From the IMG/VR virus record IMGVR_UViG_3300034418_011250, positions 1 to 64,000 of that record: a stretch of 64,000 nt of DNA, one strand, 5' to 3'. Both the position numbers and the translations under genes were made by a program. The stretch comes from a virus. This document shows positions 1 through 9,601 of this stretch, piece by piece (position 1 is the first letter of the stretch; each line of letters opens with the position of its first letter). Under the pieces are notes generated by a model. That model was given only the letters and a program-made list of their open reading frames with translations, was not told where the DNA came from and made no database searches.

Positions 1-694
1 TGGTATTTGGTTTGAATTCAACTTCAAATAATGAAGGAACAATCATTGTTCTATTTGTAATTGCTGTATCATCAATATTTGGTGACATGTGATATCTAAA
101 TCTGTTGACTATTTGTTTAATAGCCAATGATTCTGCTTCTGTTCTTGGTATCATTTTAAAATCAAAGGTAAATGATCTTCTATCAATAGAATCAAAAATT
201 AATTCTGTTCTGTTGTTTAAAATTCTTCCAGATTGAATTTCATAAGCTCCGACCAATGATCTTGCTTCTGCTCCGCCTTGTTTTAATCTTTGTTCACCAA
301 TCTGTTTTACGAATTCACCCAATCCGCCAGCCGCACTAGATAGTTCGCCCGTGTCAGTTCTACCGAATGCCTGCATTGCTGCTATAACATTACCCATTTC
401 TACATTACCATATGCAGCATTTTGTACATTGGTTATAGAAGCTGGCATATATAAAGCAATAAAATCTGATGCCTTTTCTTCTACTGGTCTTTTTAATGTA
501 ATAGAACTTAAATTAGGTCCACCAGAACCTAAAATATAATCAAGTTGTGGTAATGTTGATGTTTTTGTTTCGTATATTTTAAATAAAGTATAATAGGAAG
601 ACTTTTCAGATCCAAGATCTAATGGAAACTGTAAATTTATACCTGCTTTAGTTTTACCTTTATTATTCAATCTTTCTAATGCTGTTGTTGCCAC
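1..694 (-). CDS. Baseplate tail-tube cap gp48-like (runs off window start)
   Basis: Manual translation from GTG at 694: MATTALERL...LQFPLDL...IALYMPASIT...NNRTELIFDSIDRRSFTFDFKMIPRTEAES...FRYHMSP; late promoter TATAAATA upstream; divergent from gp4 as in T4-like phages. Confidence 0.8.
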   Translation of the reverse strand, partial: MATTALERLNNKGKTKAGINLQFPLDLGSEKSSYYTLFKIYETKTSTLPQLDYILGSGGPNLSSITLKRPVEEKASDFIALYMPASITNVQNAAYGNVEMGNVIAAMQAFGRTDTGELSSAAGGLGEFVKQIGEQRLKQGGAEARSLVGAYEIQSGRILNNRTELIFDSIDRRSFTFDFKMIPRTEAESLAIKQIVNRFRYHMSPNIDDTAITNRTMIVPSLFEVEFKPNT

Positions 695-728
695 TTAGCT
701 AAATATCCTCATATCAAGAATTTACTAT

Positions 729-736
729 TATTTATA
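729..736 (-). promoter_or_regulatory. T4-type late promoter TATAAATA (gp48)
   Basis: Exact TATAAATA on minus strand about 35 nt before gp48 start. Confidence 0.7.
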
Positions 737-1170
737 TGGCATACAAGGGAAAATATATACCAACAAATAAGAAAAAATATGTTGGAGATCCTTATAAAAT
801 TGTTTATCGTTCTTTGTGGGAAAGAAAATTCATGGTTTATTGTGACATGAATGAATCAATTATATCTTGGGCTTCAGAAGAAATAGTAATTCCATATCGT
901 TCTCCGATTGACAATCGAATACATCGTTATTTTCCAGATTTTTTCATAAAAGTAAAGCAACAAACAGGTGAAATAAAAAACATGATTATTGAAATCAAAC
1001 CAAAAGTTCAATGTTCACCACCAAAAGTGCCAAAAAGAAAAACAACCAAATATTTAAATGAAGTAAAAACATGGGGAATAAATGAAGCAAAATGGAAAGC
1101 TGCAATGGAATGGTGCTCTGATCGTAAAATGGAATTTAAACTTATTACAGAAAATGAATTGAAAATATAG
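736..1170 (+). CDS. Head completion nuclease gp4 (TnsA-like)
   Basis: YRSLWERKFM, IHRYFPDF, IEIKP, NEAKWKAA motifs. Confidence 0.9.
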   Translation: MAYKGKYIPTNKKKYVGDPYKIVYRSLWERKFMVYCDMNESIISWASEEIVIPYRSPIDNRIHRYFPDFFIKVKQQTGEIKNMIIEIKPKVQCSPPKVPKRKTTKYLNEVKTWGINEAKWKAAMEWCSDRKMEFKLITENELKI

Positions 1171-1183
1171 AATAAATAATTGT

Positions 1184-1738
1184 ATGGCAGATAACTATTT
1201 TGACCAAATTCTCAGACAAACTGGTGGACAAGAAAGATCTTATCGTTGGTTTCAACAGAAAGTTAGAGAGTTTGGCGTACCATCACAAAAACAATTATTA
1301 CAAAAAGAGTCAACAAACTATTCATTGAATGTGGGTAGCATGAACTTTTTTGTTTATGATGCGAAATACAAAAAAACATTGCCTTATTATGACAAATTTC
1401 CATTAATAATTCCCATTGATGAAACAAGTAGATATTTTTTAGGAATTAATTTTCATTATGTTTCTATTCCGTATAGAATTTCATTGATGGAAAAATTAAT
1501 GAGATTTGAAAGAACAAGAGAAAATGAAAAAAGAATATTGACAGAGTGGAGAAACATCAAAAACTTCAAAGAAATAAGACCAACCATCAAAAAATACTTA
1601 AAGAATCATGTGCGTTCTCCATTTGTAAAAATAAAACATGAAGAATTTAAATTGGCATTGATGTTACCTGTTCAAGATTTTACCAACGTGACCAGAAATA
1701 AAGTCTATTATGATTCTAGAAGGATGATTAACTCATGA
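1184..1738 (+). CDS. DNA end protector protein gp2
   Basis: YDAKYKKTLPYYDKFPL, FLGINFHY, IKKYLKNHVRS. Confidence 0.88.
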   Translation: MADNYFDQILRQTGGQERSYRWFQQKVREFGVPSQKQLLQKESTNYSLNVGSMNFFVYDAKYKKTLPYYDKFPLIIPIDETSRYFLGINFHYVSIPYRISLMEKLMRFERTRENEKRILTEWRNIKNFKEIRPTIKKYLKNHVRSPFVKIKHEEFKLALMLPVQDFTNVTRNKVYYDSRRMINS

Positions 1739-2274
1739 GCGCAGCATTTAGTAGTAATTCTATTACATTTTTTGAATCAGTTAAAAAGTTTGGAATATCA
1801 AAACCAAATAGATTTGAAGTAAATATTAATTCTCCTGGAGCTACATCTGGAGTTGCTGATGATAATCTAGTATCACTTTGGTGCCAATCAGTCGAACTTC
1901 CTGGAAGAACAATTGAATCGCAAACAAATGATAATATTTATGGTCCAACTCATGAAATAGCTCAAGGATTAATATTAAATGATTCTATTTCAATGACATT
2001 TCTTCTTGATGAAAAATTAGATATTAAAAGATATTTTGATAATTGGCAGAAAACCATTTACAACCCAAATACATATGATATGTATTATTATTCGAATTAT
2101 GTCCGTGACATGACGATTAAACAATTATCCAAAACTGATGAAGTTGTTTTTAGTTGCAAAGTTTATGAAGCATTTCCTAAAACTGTTGAATTGATAACAC
2201 TCAGTGCAGATAGCAGAAGTGAAGCATCAAAACTAAATGTTTCTATGGCATTCAGAGATTGGATTGAAGAATAA
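1735..2274 (+). CDS. Baseplate tail-tube initiator gp54-like (tube-fold protein)
   Basis: SKPNRFEV, CQSVELPGR, YFDNWQ, YEAFPKTV; synteny. Confidence 0.75.
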   Translation: MSAAFSSNSITFFESVKKFGISKPNRFEVNINSPGATSGVADDNLVSLWCQSVELPGRTIESQTNDNIYGPTHEIAQGLILNDSISMTFLLDEKLDIKRYFDNWQKTIYNPNTYDMYYYSNYVRDMTIKQLSKTDEVVFSCKVYEAFPKTVELITLSADSRSEASKLNVSMAFRDWIEE

Positions 2275-2290
2275 CTTATGAAAGGAAATA

Positions 2291-2989
2291 ATGGCGTTAC
2301 CATCATTAGCAGTAAACAAATATGAATTGACTGTACCATCGACAAATGAAGAAATAGAATTTAGACCATTTTTGGTCAAAGAAGAAAAAATGCTTCTCAT
2401 TGCTCAACAAACAGGTGATGAGAAAGATATTATCAAAGCTGTTGAAAATATCATTAATGAATGCACATTTAAAAAGATAGATGCAAAAAAACTTCCGATA
2501 TTCGATCTAGAATATATCTTTATTCAATTAAGAGCAAAGTCAATCGGTGAAGTATCAACTGTAACAGTTACATGTCCAGATGACGGAGAAACAAAGGTTG
2601 AAGTTGATATTAATCTTGAAGATGTTGTTTGCGAGAAATCAGATGAACATACAAACAAAATTGAATTAACAGATACTGTGGGTGTGATTATGAATTACCC
2701 AAGAGTAAACAATGTATCTGGAATGAATATGGAAGATCCAAATGCTGGATTTGAAATCATTAAAAATTGCATTGGTCAAATTTATGATGCTGATGAAGTT
2801 TATGATAAAAATGATATTACAAAAAAAGAACTAGAAGAATTTGTAAATTCTATGAGTCATCAACAATTCATGAAATTACAAAGTTTCTTTGAGGATATGC
2901 CAAAAGTTCGATATAGAACTAAAATTAAAAATCCAAAAACAGGTGTAGAAAGTGATTTAGTAATTGAAGGACTGCAAAATTTTTTCTAG
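2291..2989 (+). CDS. Baseplate hub subunit/chaperone gp26-like
   Basis: MALP, FRPFLVKEEK, FDLEYIFIQLRAKSIGE, C-terminal IEGLQNFF. Confidence 0.88.
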   Translation: MALPSLAVNKYELTVPSTNEEIEFRPFLVKEEKMLLIAQQTGDEKDIIKAVENIINECTFKKIDAKKLPIFDLEYIFIQLRAKSIGEVSTVTVTCPDDGETKVEVDINLEDVVCEKSDEHTNKIELTDTVGVIMNYPRVNNVSGMNMEDPNAGFEIIKNCIGQIYDADEVYDKNDITKKELEEFVNSMSHQQFMKLQSFFEDMPKVRYRTKIKNPKTGVESDLVIEGLQNFF

Positions 2990-3189
2990 TAGGTCTCTCT
3001 CACAATAGTTTGGAAAATTATTATCGTTTGAATTTTTCATTAATGCAACATCACAAATATTCATTGACAGAAATTGAACATATGTTGCCGTGGGAGAGAG
3101 AAGTTTATGTCGGATTATTGTTGCAACACATTGAAGATGAAAAAATGAAACAACGCCATGAGAAGATGAATCAACAATCAAGAGGTTAA
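2980..3189 (+). CDS. gp51-like hub assembly protein (in -1 frame of gp26; first ATG at 3043)
   Basis: Manual translation LSHNSLENYYRLNFSLMQHHKYSLTEIEHMLPWEREVYVGLL; missed by ORF track. Confidence 0.8.
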   Translation, partial: FFLVGLSHNSLENYYRLNFSLMQHHKYSLTEIEHMLPWEREVYVGLLLQHIEDEKMKQRHEKMNQQSRG

Positions 3190-3191
3190 AA

Positions 3192-3506
3192 ATGCCTAAC
3201 AAAAGCATTCAAGAACTTTTTAAAAAGTATGATATAAACGGAAGTGGTGATGTTACGGAAGAAGAAATGAAAAGAGCAACAGAAATACTTGAACTTGAAT
3301 TGAGAGAAGAGAAAGCTGAAGCACAGAAACGTATGTCATGGGTTTCAATTCTTAGCATGGTTGTATTTACTGGAATATTATTTACACCTTTGGTGCCTGA
3401 ATCAAGAGTAGCTGCATTAGGTGATTTGTTGGGATTGTTTTATCTGGGGCAAGCATCAATTGTTGGTTTTTATTTCGGTGCACAAGCATACATGTCAAGG
3501 AAGTAA
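3192..3506 (+). CDS. EF-hand-containing two-TM membrane protein
   Basis: DINGSGDVTEEE canonical EF loop followed by two hydrophobic helices. Confidence 0.6.
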   Translation: MPNKSIQELFKKYDINGSGDVTEEEMKRATEILELELREEKAEAQKRMSWVSILSMVVFTGILFTPLVPESRVAALGDLLGLFYLGQASIVGFYFGAQAYMSRK

Positions 3507-3509
3507 TAA

Positions 3510-6500
3510 ATGGCAATAGCAGACGAAGAAAAACGGTTTAAAAAACTTCTTGGTGAGTTAAGAGAAACTAATCAAGAAATAAGAAAATCAACAACAAAAA
3601 ATGAAGCAGCAACAGCTGTTGTTGATATTATAAGAAATGATTTTGATACACTGGTTGGTGATATTAAAACTCTTGGAAATGATATTGCATCTTCTGTTCC
3701 TGGATTGCGTTCTGTTGTTGGAATAGGAAAATATTTTGGTGGAAAAGCAACTAAAGGATTAGTAGATTTATTTAAATTTGAAAATAAAGAACAAAAAAAA
3801 CTTAGGGAAAGTTTAGGTTTCAATTCTAAAAAAGAATTTGAACTAGCTAAAAAACAAGCAGATAAAAACAAAGCTAAAGAAGATGCAAGCCTAAAACAAC
3901 TTGAATTAATACAAGAAAGTATTAAAATTTTAGAACCTTCATTGACACCAGATGAATTAGCTAAAAAATTAGAAGATTCAGCAAAAAAATATGGGGTTGA
4001 TAAACAATTTATTAATAAATTTTTAGGAAAAAAAGAACCAGTTGAAGCAACTTTAGCAGACAGTGTTGTAAAAGCAATTACACCAAAAGATGATAAAAAA
4101 ACATCCGCAGATCTTGAAGCAAAAAGAGATGAACAAAAACTTGCAGAGAAAAATACTAAAATCTTAGAAACAATCAATGATTCTGTTCTTGGATTAGGCA
4201 AAGGATTAGATAGTTTAAAAGAAAAAAGTGGATTTGGTCTTGGTTTAATTGCTGCCCTGATTGCTGCTCCAGTAATTGCTTTGGTAGAATTCTTCAAAAC
4301 TATAGGAAAAGATTTAAAATTTTTAACAGATTTAAAAATAGGTGATGTATTTAAACCTCTCAAAGGATTGGTTAGTTTTTTTGACAAAATAGTAGATGGT
4401 TTCAAAAAAACTAAATTAGGAGAATATTTTTTCAAAAATTTATCATTAGATTTTTTATTTGATTTGTTTGACAGTGTATCATTAGTTTTTGATGGAATCA
4501 AAAACACATTTAAAAGAATAATTAATCCTATCAAAAGGTTTGGATCTTTTATAGGCAGAATAATCAGAAGTGTGTCTGCAAGTATAAGAAGATTTATAAC
4601 TCCCATCGTAAGAATTTTTGAAAAAATAATTGATATAGCAAAGAGTGCTGCAGGGTTTTTAAATGGATTTAGTTTCATAGGAAATATAGCAAAAACAATT
4701 GGTAGAGTATTAGGAAAATTATTTCTTCCTATTACTGTTATTATGGGTGTATTTGATTTTGTTTCTGGTTTTATGAAAGGATACGAAGAAGGTGGTATAA
4801 TTGAAGGTATTAAACAAGGTGTTATAAATTTTCTAGATGAAGCTATAGGTGGTATATTAAGGATGCTAACAGGTGCAGCTGCTTGGATTCTTGAGTTTCT
4901 AGGATTTGATAAACTTGCTGCATCACTAACAGCTGAAGTAGATAACATATTAGATGCAGTATTTAGTGCTGTTTCTGGAATTGTTGATATTGTTGTTGGA
5001 ATTTTTACATTTGATGCAGGAAAAATACTTGGTGGATTGGGACAAATATGGGATTCAATTACAGGGATATTCCTTTCTGCATTTAATATTCTTGAAGCAT
5101 TTGTAAGTGATATATTCGATTTTCTTGGATTTGATATTAGTTGGAATCCATTAACTATTATCAAGAATTTCTTTAGTGGTGTTTATGATTTCTTCGCAGA
5201 TCTTTTCGGATTTGGTTCTGATAAAGAAGCCGAAGTTGAAGGAGAAGCCTCGACCAGTCCATTTGATGTTGTTAAAACTTTCTTTGGTAATGTGTTTGGT
5301 TATATAGGTGAGAAATTTACTGCATTTAAAGATATGATTTTTGGATTTCTTCCAAGCCTACCTTCAATATCCGAAATTACAGATAGTTTAATTAACTTTG
5401 GAAAAATGATCTACAATCCAGAAACTGGTGAAGTATTTGGATTTACACTACCAGAACTTCCGAGCATTTCCGATATATGGGGAATGGTGACAGGATTTGC
5501 AAGCAAAATATATGATCCTGCTACTGGTGAAGTATTTGGATTCAAGTTGCCTGAATTACCTTCTATTTCTGATATTTTTGATACAGTTGTATCCTTTGGT
5601 AAAAAGATATATGATCCTGCTACTGGTGAAGTGTTTGGATTCACAATGCCTGAATTACCTAGCATTTCTCAAATATGGGATACTGTTACAGGATATGCGA
5701 AGAAAGTGTATAATCCAGAAACTGGTGAAGTATTTGGGTTTAAACTTCCTGAATTGCCTAGTATTTCACAGATATTTACTACAGTAAAAGATTTTGCTAG
5801 CAAAATTTATGATCCAACTGCTGGAACAGTATTTGGTTATTCTCTACCAGAATTACCCTCAATAAGTCAAATTTGGGATAAAATTTCTGGATTTGCCATG
5901 AAAATTTATGATCCAACTGCTGGAACAGTATTTGGTTATACGTTGCCAGAATTACCTAGTATTTCTGACATATTAACCAAAATAACTGATTTTTCTAAAA
6001 AGATTTATGATCCAACTGCTGGAACAGTATTTGGATTCGCACTTCCAGAACTACCATCCATTGCAATGATTGTTGATAAAGCAAAAGAGTTTGCTTACAA
6101 GATATACAATCCTGAGACTGGTCAAGTATTTGGATATGCATTACCAGAATTGCCTTCAATATCTGATATAACAAATAAGATTATTGACTTTTCTAAAAAG
6201 ATTTATGATCCAGAAGCAGGAACAATATTTGGATTCTCGCTTCCAGAACTACCTTCAATTAGTCAAATTACAGACAAAATTGCAGGATTCGGAAAAAATA
6301 TTTACAATTCTGAGACTGGTGAAGTGTTTGGATTCTCAATGCCTGAGTTGCCAAGTATTTCAGATATTACATCAAAAGCTGAAGATTTTGCTAAAAACAT
6401 TTACAATTCTGAAGATGGAACAATATTCGGATTTGCATTACCAGAACTTCCAAGCATTTCTGATATACAAACCAAATTGGAAGGATTTGCAAAGAAAATA

Positions 6501-7811
6501 TATGATTCTGAAACAGGGACAATATTTGGATTTGCGATACCAGAATTGCCATCTATTAATGACATTACAACAAAATTAGAGAATTTCTCTAAAAATATAT
6601 ATGATTCAGAAACTGGCTCAGTATTTGGTTACACATTACCAACATTACCTTCAATATCAGATATTCTAACGAAGGCAACAGAATTTTCTAAGAAAATATA
6701 TGATCCAGCAACAGGTGCTGTATTTGGATTTGTTTTGACAATGCCTGCACTTCCATCAATTGATGACATTAAAAATAGCATCTTGGGTATGATTCAAGAT
6801 GTCTGGAATTACATCAAAGGATTATTCAAATTTGATACGTTCTCAGATGCACTAGCTTCTGCTATCAATATATTCTTTATGCCTTACAATTTAATTCTAG
6901 GAATGGTTGAAAGCGTTTGGAACTACATCAAAGGATTATTTGGATTTGATACTACACAAGTTAAAGAACCAGCAGAATCAACAGCTGTAGGTGGTGTAGG
7001 TGGGCTTGTTGTGAACTTCTTAAATCTGGCAATTGATAAAGTCAAGAATCTGTTCAATTTTGATTCGATATCGAAAACATTAGAAACTCTAAATCCATTA
7101 AAACTTCTTACAGATTTTGGAACTAAAGTAGGCAATTTCTTTGATGGTATATTTAATTTTGACGGGATAAAGAAAACATTAATGGATAATATTCCATTTG
7201 CAGATGTTTTGTTTGGAGATGGAGGAGATAGTCAAGAAGAAGCCAAAAAAGAAGCAGTTCCATCTATCAATATTCAACCAATTGATTCAAAAAGTGTTCT
7301 TTCTAGCATATTTGGTGAAGTAAACATACTACAAGAACTTGGAATCATCTTTGGTAATTTAATTGATAATCTTGTCACATATCTTGATACATTCCTTGGA
7401 GAAGCATTAGGAACACTTTATACATCCAGAAAAGAAAGTTATGAAGATTTACAAAGTGATCTGAAGGATGAGTTGGAAGAATCTAGTCCTGACGAAGATG
7501 ATCTTAAAAAATTAGCATTGAGGGCTAAAGAAATTGGTCTAAGTCGAGACCAATTTATAAGATTGGCAAATAACCCATCTGTTGATCTTGCTACACTCGA
7601 GGCATCTACAAATGGTGTGAACAATAGAACATTGTCAATGGAAGAAGGATCTAAAGAGATGGCTGCAAATCAACAGCCAGTAGTCATTAACAATGTCACA
7701 AATAATAATGTAACACAAGGTGGTGGAGGTGCTGCTGTAATTCCAATGCCTAAACCTGTCACCAATCCTCATTCACAACTACTGGCTGCTGTTGCAGCTA
7801 GTGTTCTTTAA
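3510..7811 (+). CDS. Tape-measure / baseplate hub gp29-like protein
   Basis: 1433 aa, amphipathic G/F/W-spaced helices, internal repeats, C-terminal VVINNVTNNN; position after gp26/gp51. Confidence 0.75.
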   Translation: MAIADEEKRFKKLLGELRETNQEIRKSTTKNEAATAVVDIIRNDFDTLVGDIKTLGNDIASSVPGLRSVVGIGKYFGGKATKGLVDLFKFENKEQKKLRESLGFNSKKEFELAKKQADKNKAKEDASLKQLELIQESIKILEPSLTPDELAKKLEDSAKKYGVDKQFINKFLGKKEPVEATLADSVVKAITPKDDKKTSADLEAKRDEQKLAEKNTKILETINDSVLGLGKGLDSLKEKSGFGLGLIAALIAAPVIALVEFFKTIGKDLKFLTDLKIGDVFKPLKGLVSFFDKIVDGFKKTKLGEYFFKNLSLDFLFDLFDSVSLVFDGIKNTFKRIINPIKRFGSFIGRIIRSVSASIRRFITPIVRIFEKIIDIAKSAAGFLNGFSFIGNIAKTIGRVLGKLFLPITVIMGVFDFVSGFMKGYEEGGIIEGIKQGVINFLDEAIGGILRMLTGAAAWILEFLGFDKLAASLTAEVDNILDAVFSAVSGIVDIVVGIFTFDAGKILGGLGQIWDSITGIFLSAFNILEAFVSDIFDFLGFDISWNPLTIIKNFFSGVYDFFADLFGFGSDKEAEVEGEASTSPFDVVKTFFGNVFGYIGEKFTAFKDMIFGFLPSLPSISEITDSLINFGKMIYNPETGEVFGFTLPELPSISDIWGMVTGFASKIYDPATGEVFGFKLPELPSISDIFDTVVSFGKKIYDPATGEVFGFTMPELPSISQIWDTVTGYAKKVYNPETGEVFGFKLPELPSISQIFTTVKDFASKIYDPTAGTVFGYSLPELPSISQIWDKISGFAMKIYDPTAGTVFGYTLPELPSISDILTKITDFSKKIYDPTAGTVFGFALPELPSIAMIVDKAKEFAYKIYNPETGQVFGYALPELPSISDITNKIIDFSKKIYDPEAGTIFGFSLPELPSISQITDKIAGFGKNIYNSETGEVFGFSMPELPSISDITSKAEDFAKNIYNSEDGTIFGFALPELPSISDIQTKLEGFAKKIYDSETGTIFGFAIPELPSINDITTKLENFSKNIYDSETGSVFGYTLPTLPSISDILTKATEFSKKIYDPATGAVFGFVLTMPALPSIDDIKNSILGMIQDVWNYIKGLFKFDTFSDALASAINIFFMPYNLILGMVESVWNYIKGLFGFDTTQVKEPAESTAVGGVGGLVVNFLNLAIDKVKNLFNFDSISKTLETLNPLKLLTDFGTKVGNFFDGIFNFDGIKKTLMDNIPFADVLFGDGGDSQEEAKKEAVPSINIQPIDSKSVLSSIFGEVNILQELGIIFGNLIDNLVTYLDTFLGEALGTLYTSRKESYEDLQSDLKDELEESSPDEDDLKKLALRAKEIGLSRDQFIRLANNPSVDLATLEASTNGVNNRTLSMEEGSKEMAANQQPVVINNVTNNNVTQGGGGAAVIPMPKPVTNPHSQLLAAVAASVL
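5400..6770 (+). repeat. 14 tandem 99-bp (33-aa) coding repeats
   Basis: Consensus K(K/N)IYDPxxGxVFGFxLPELPSISDIxxxxxxF counted 14 times. Confidence 0.95.
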
Positions 7812-7814
7812 AAC

Positions 7815-8702
7815 TTACTCGTTAGCAAGTTTCTCAAAATAACTCATTGCACTGTCTTCATCATCATCTTCAGTTACCATACTTGGGACTGGAGATGATT
7901 TGTAGGAAGGTGTATATTCTTCCTCATCATCAATCACTTCAGCAATTGGTTTACCAACAGACTGTTTGCCAGTCAAAACAGCATCCAGCCTTTTTCGAAG
8001 CTCATCATAACTCTTGAAGTTTGATTCTCCAAGAAAGTCAGAAAGAGAATGTGTTTTGGAAATCACTTTCTCAATCTTATCATCATCACCAATCTTTGAA
8101 ACTTTGTCAAATTCGCTCTTGTCATAATTCCAGTAACCATCTACCTTGCGAATCTTCAGTTTGAAATTTGCTCCTTCCCATGCATCAAATGGATTGATCG
8201 GTGTTTCATCTTCAAATTCTGGTTGCATTGCTTCCATGATTTTGTCAAAGATTTTCTTGCCATACTTGTAAAGCATGACTTTACCTTCATTATCAGGATT
8301 TGATGAATCAGAAACAACCAACACATTACTGTAGTATTGTAGCTTGCGTTTTTGTTTTCGAGCAATCTCTTTATCAGTCTCAATGCCTGAATTCCAAAGC
8401 CCAGAGTTATGCTCGCAACATGGACATTTTCCGTTAACGGATGTCAAGCAATTCTCAATAAACCACATTCCAGTTGGTCCTTGGAATGCGTGATTCCATA
8501 CACGAACCCATGGAAGTTGATCTCCTTCTGTAGCTGGAAGAAATCTTAGAACAGCAAATCCATTCCCAGATTTATCTACCTGTGGCTTCCAAAGTCGATC
8601 ATCAATGTATGATGCTTTTTCAGTTGGGGATTCTTCTTTTGCTACTTGAGCCAGAAGTTTGTCGAGTGCGTTGTTTTTGCGAAGTGAGCTAATGTTAGAC
8701 AT
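7815..8702 (-). CDS. ssDNA-binding protein gp32
   Basis: DDRLWKP, GNGFAVLRFLP, HAFQGP, ENCLTS, GANFKLKIRKV, acidic tail; start at MSNISS after GGAG. Confidence 0.95.
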   Translation of the reverse strand: MSNISSLRKNNALDKLLAQVAKEESPTEKASYIDDRLWKPQVDKSGNGFAVLRFLPATEGDQLPWVRVWNHAFQGPTGMWFIENCLTSVNGKCPCCEHNSGLWNSGIETDKEIARKQKRKLQYYSNVLVVSDSSNPDNEGKVMLYKYGKKIFDKIMEAMQPEFEDETPINPFDAWEGANFKLKIRKVDGYWNYDKSEFDKVSKIGDDDKIEKVISKTHSLSDFLGESNFKSYDELRKRLDAVLTGKQSVGKPIAEVIDDEEEYTPSYKSSPVPSMVTEDDDEDSAMSYFEKLANE

Positions 8703-8764
8703 GGTATTCTCCGTATGTTGTCGTATGTTTAAGTATTTCACAAATTTCATCATATATCTTATTT

Positions 8765-8793
8765 ATCTTACTACAAGATAATATTATAGTCAA
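8765..8793 (-). promoter_or_regulatory. sigma70-like promoter for gp32
   Basis: TTGACT-N17-TAAGAT, overlapping a GATAAATA late-like box. Confidence 0.6.
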
Positions 8794-9601
8794 GTTTTTT
8801 ATTCAACTTTTCAAAAGTAATATACTTGACATTCTCATATTCAGACCACTCTTCTACCTCATCTCCATCTGGAGTGGCTTGATAAAATTTGGTTTTGGGA
8901 TAATCTTTGAAATTAACAGCATGCTGATTTTTCCAATTGACAGATGGAACCTCATTCGCATCTTGAGGAATGTAGTTTGAAGTCCCTTTATAGACATTGT
9001 TCACCTTTCCTGTATCTGACTTCATGTCAAAACCAATCATGTAAACTTCTTTGGGTTCATAGTCAATCATCATCATTCTGACAGCAATCGATCCAGCACT
9101 CCAACCAGAATATGGTTCTGGAATGAGATATACCTCATCCTCCTCATCTACCCATGTGATCCATTGATGATGATTTCCTAGTTTCTGCCGAATATCATCA
9201 GAATCAAAAGGTTCATTTCGTTTTTCATATTGTTGTTTGATCATATGAAAGAGTCTCATGATCTGATTTGGATCTGTTCCATTCATTACAAAGTTATTAA
9301 AATGTTTCTTTTCATTTTCTGTTTTTAGACTTTCATGCCATCCTTCAAAGAAATTATCTTCAACCAGTGAATCATATGCATATTCTGGAAGTTTAGACCA
9401 GCTTCTAAAATAGCAAACATTGTTATAGATGTATCCGCTTGATGCAATCTCATGCATCATGCCTCCATCAACTGCAATCAATGCATCAGGTGTATAATCA
9501 CGATACAAAGCATTGCAACCATAAACTCCTCCACATCTTCCTAATGCTTTCAAATCTAATTGAAGTCTAGATTCACCATTTCCTAATACGAAGTATTTCA
9601 T
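8771..9601 (-). CDS. DUF115/MptE-like (GT29-like fold) protein
   Basis: FVLGNGESR, YGCNALYRD, SAG...EVYMIGFD. Confidence 0.5.
   Translation of the reverse strand: MKYFVLGNGESRLQLDLKALGRCGGVYGCNALYRDYTPDALIAVDGGMMHEIASSGYIYNNVCYFRSWSKLPEYAYDSLVEDNFFEGWHESLKTENEKKHFNNFVMNGTDPNQIMRLFHMIKQQYEKRNEPFDSDDIRQKLGNHHQWITWVDEEDEVYLIPEPYSGWSAGSIAVRMMMIDYEPKEVYMIGFDMKSDTGKVNNVYKGTSNYIPQDANEVPSVNWKNQHAVNFKDYPKTKFYQATPDGDEVEEWSEYENVKYITFEKLNKKLDYNIIL

Noticed and set aside
351-539. Short plus-strand ORF (and similar opposite-strand ORFs across the window)
   Set aside because: Antisense to well-supported genes; no RBS or recognisable motifs
3572-5164. 530-aa antisense ORF
   Set aside because: Codon-aligned shadow of the tape-measure gene; biased composition (Ile/Ser/Pro/Asn), no RBS or motifs
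5400-6770. Possible CRISPR array or DGR repeat
   Set aside because: Repeats are in-frame and vary mostly at synonymous positions; no cas or reverse transcriptase genes in the window
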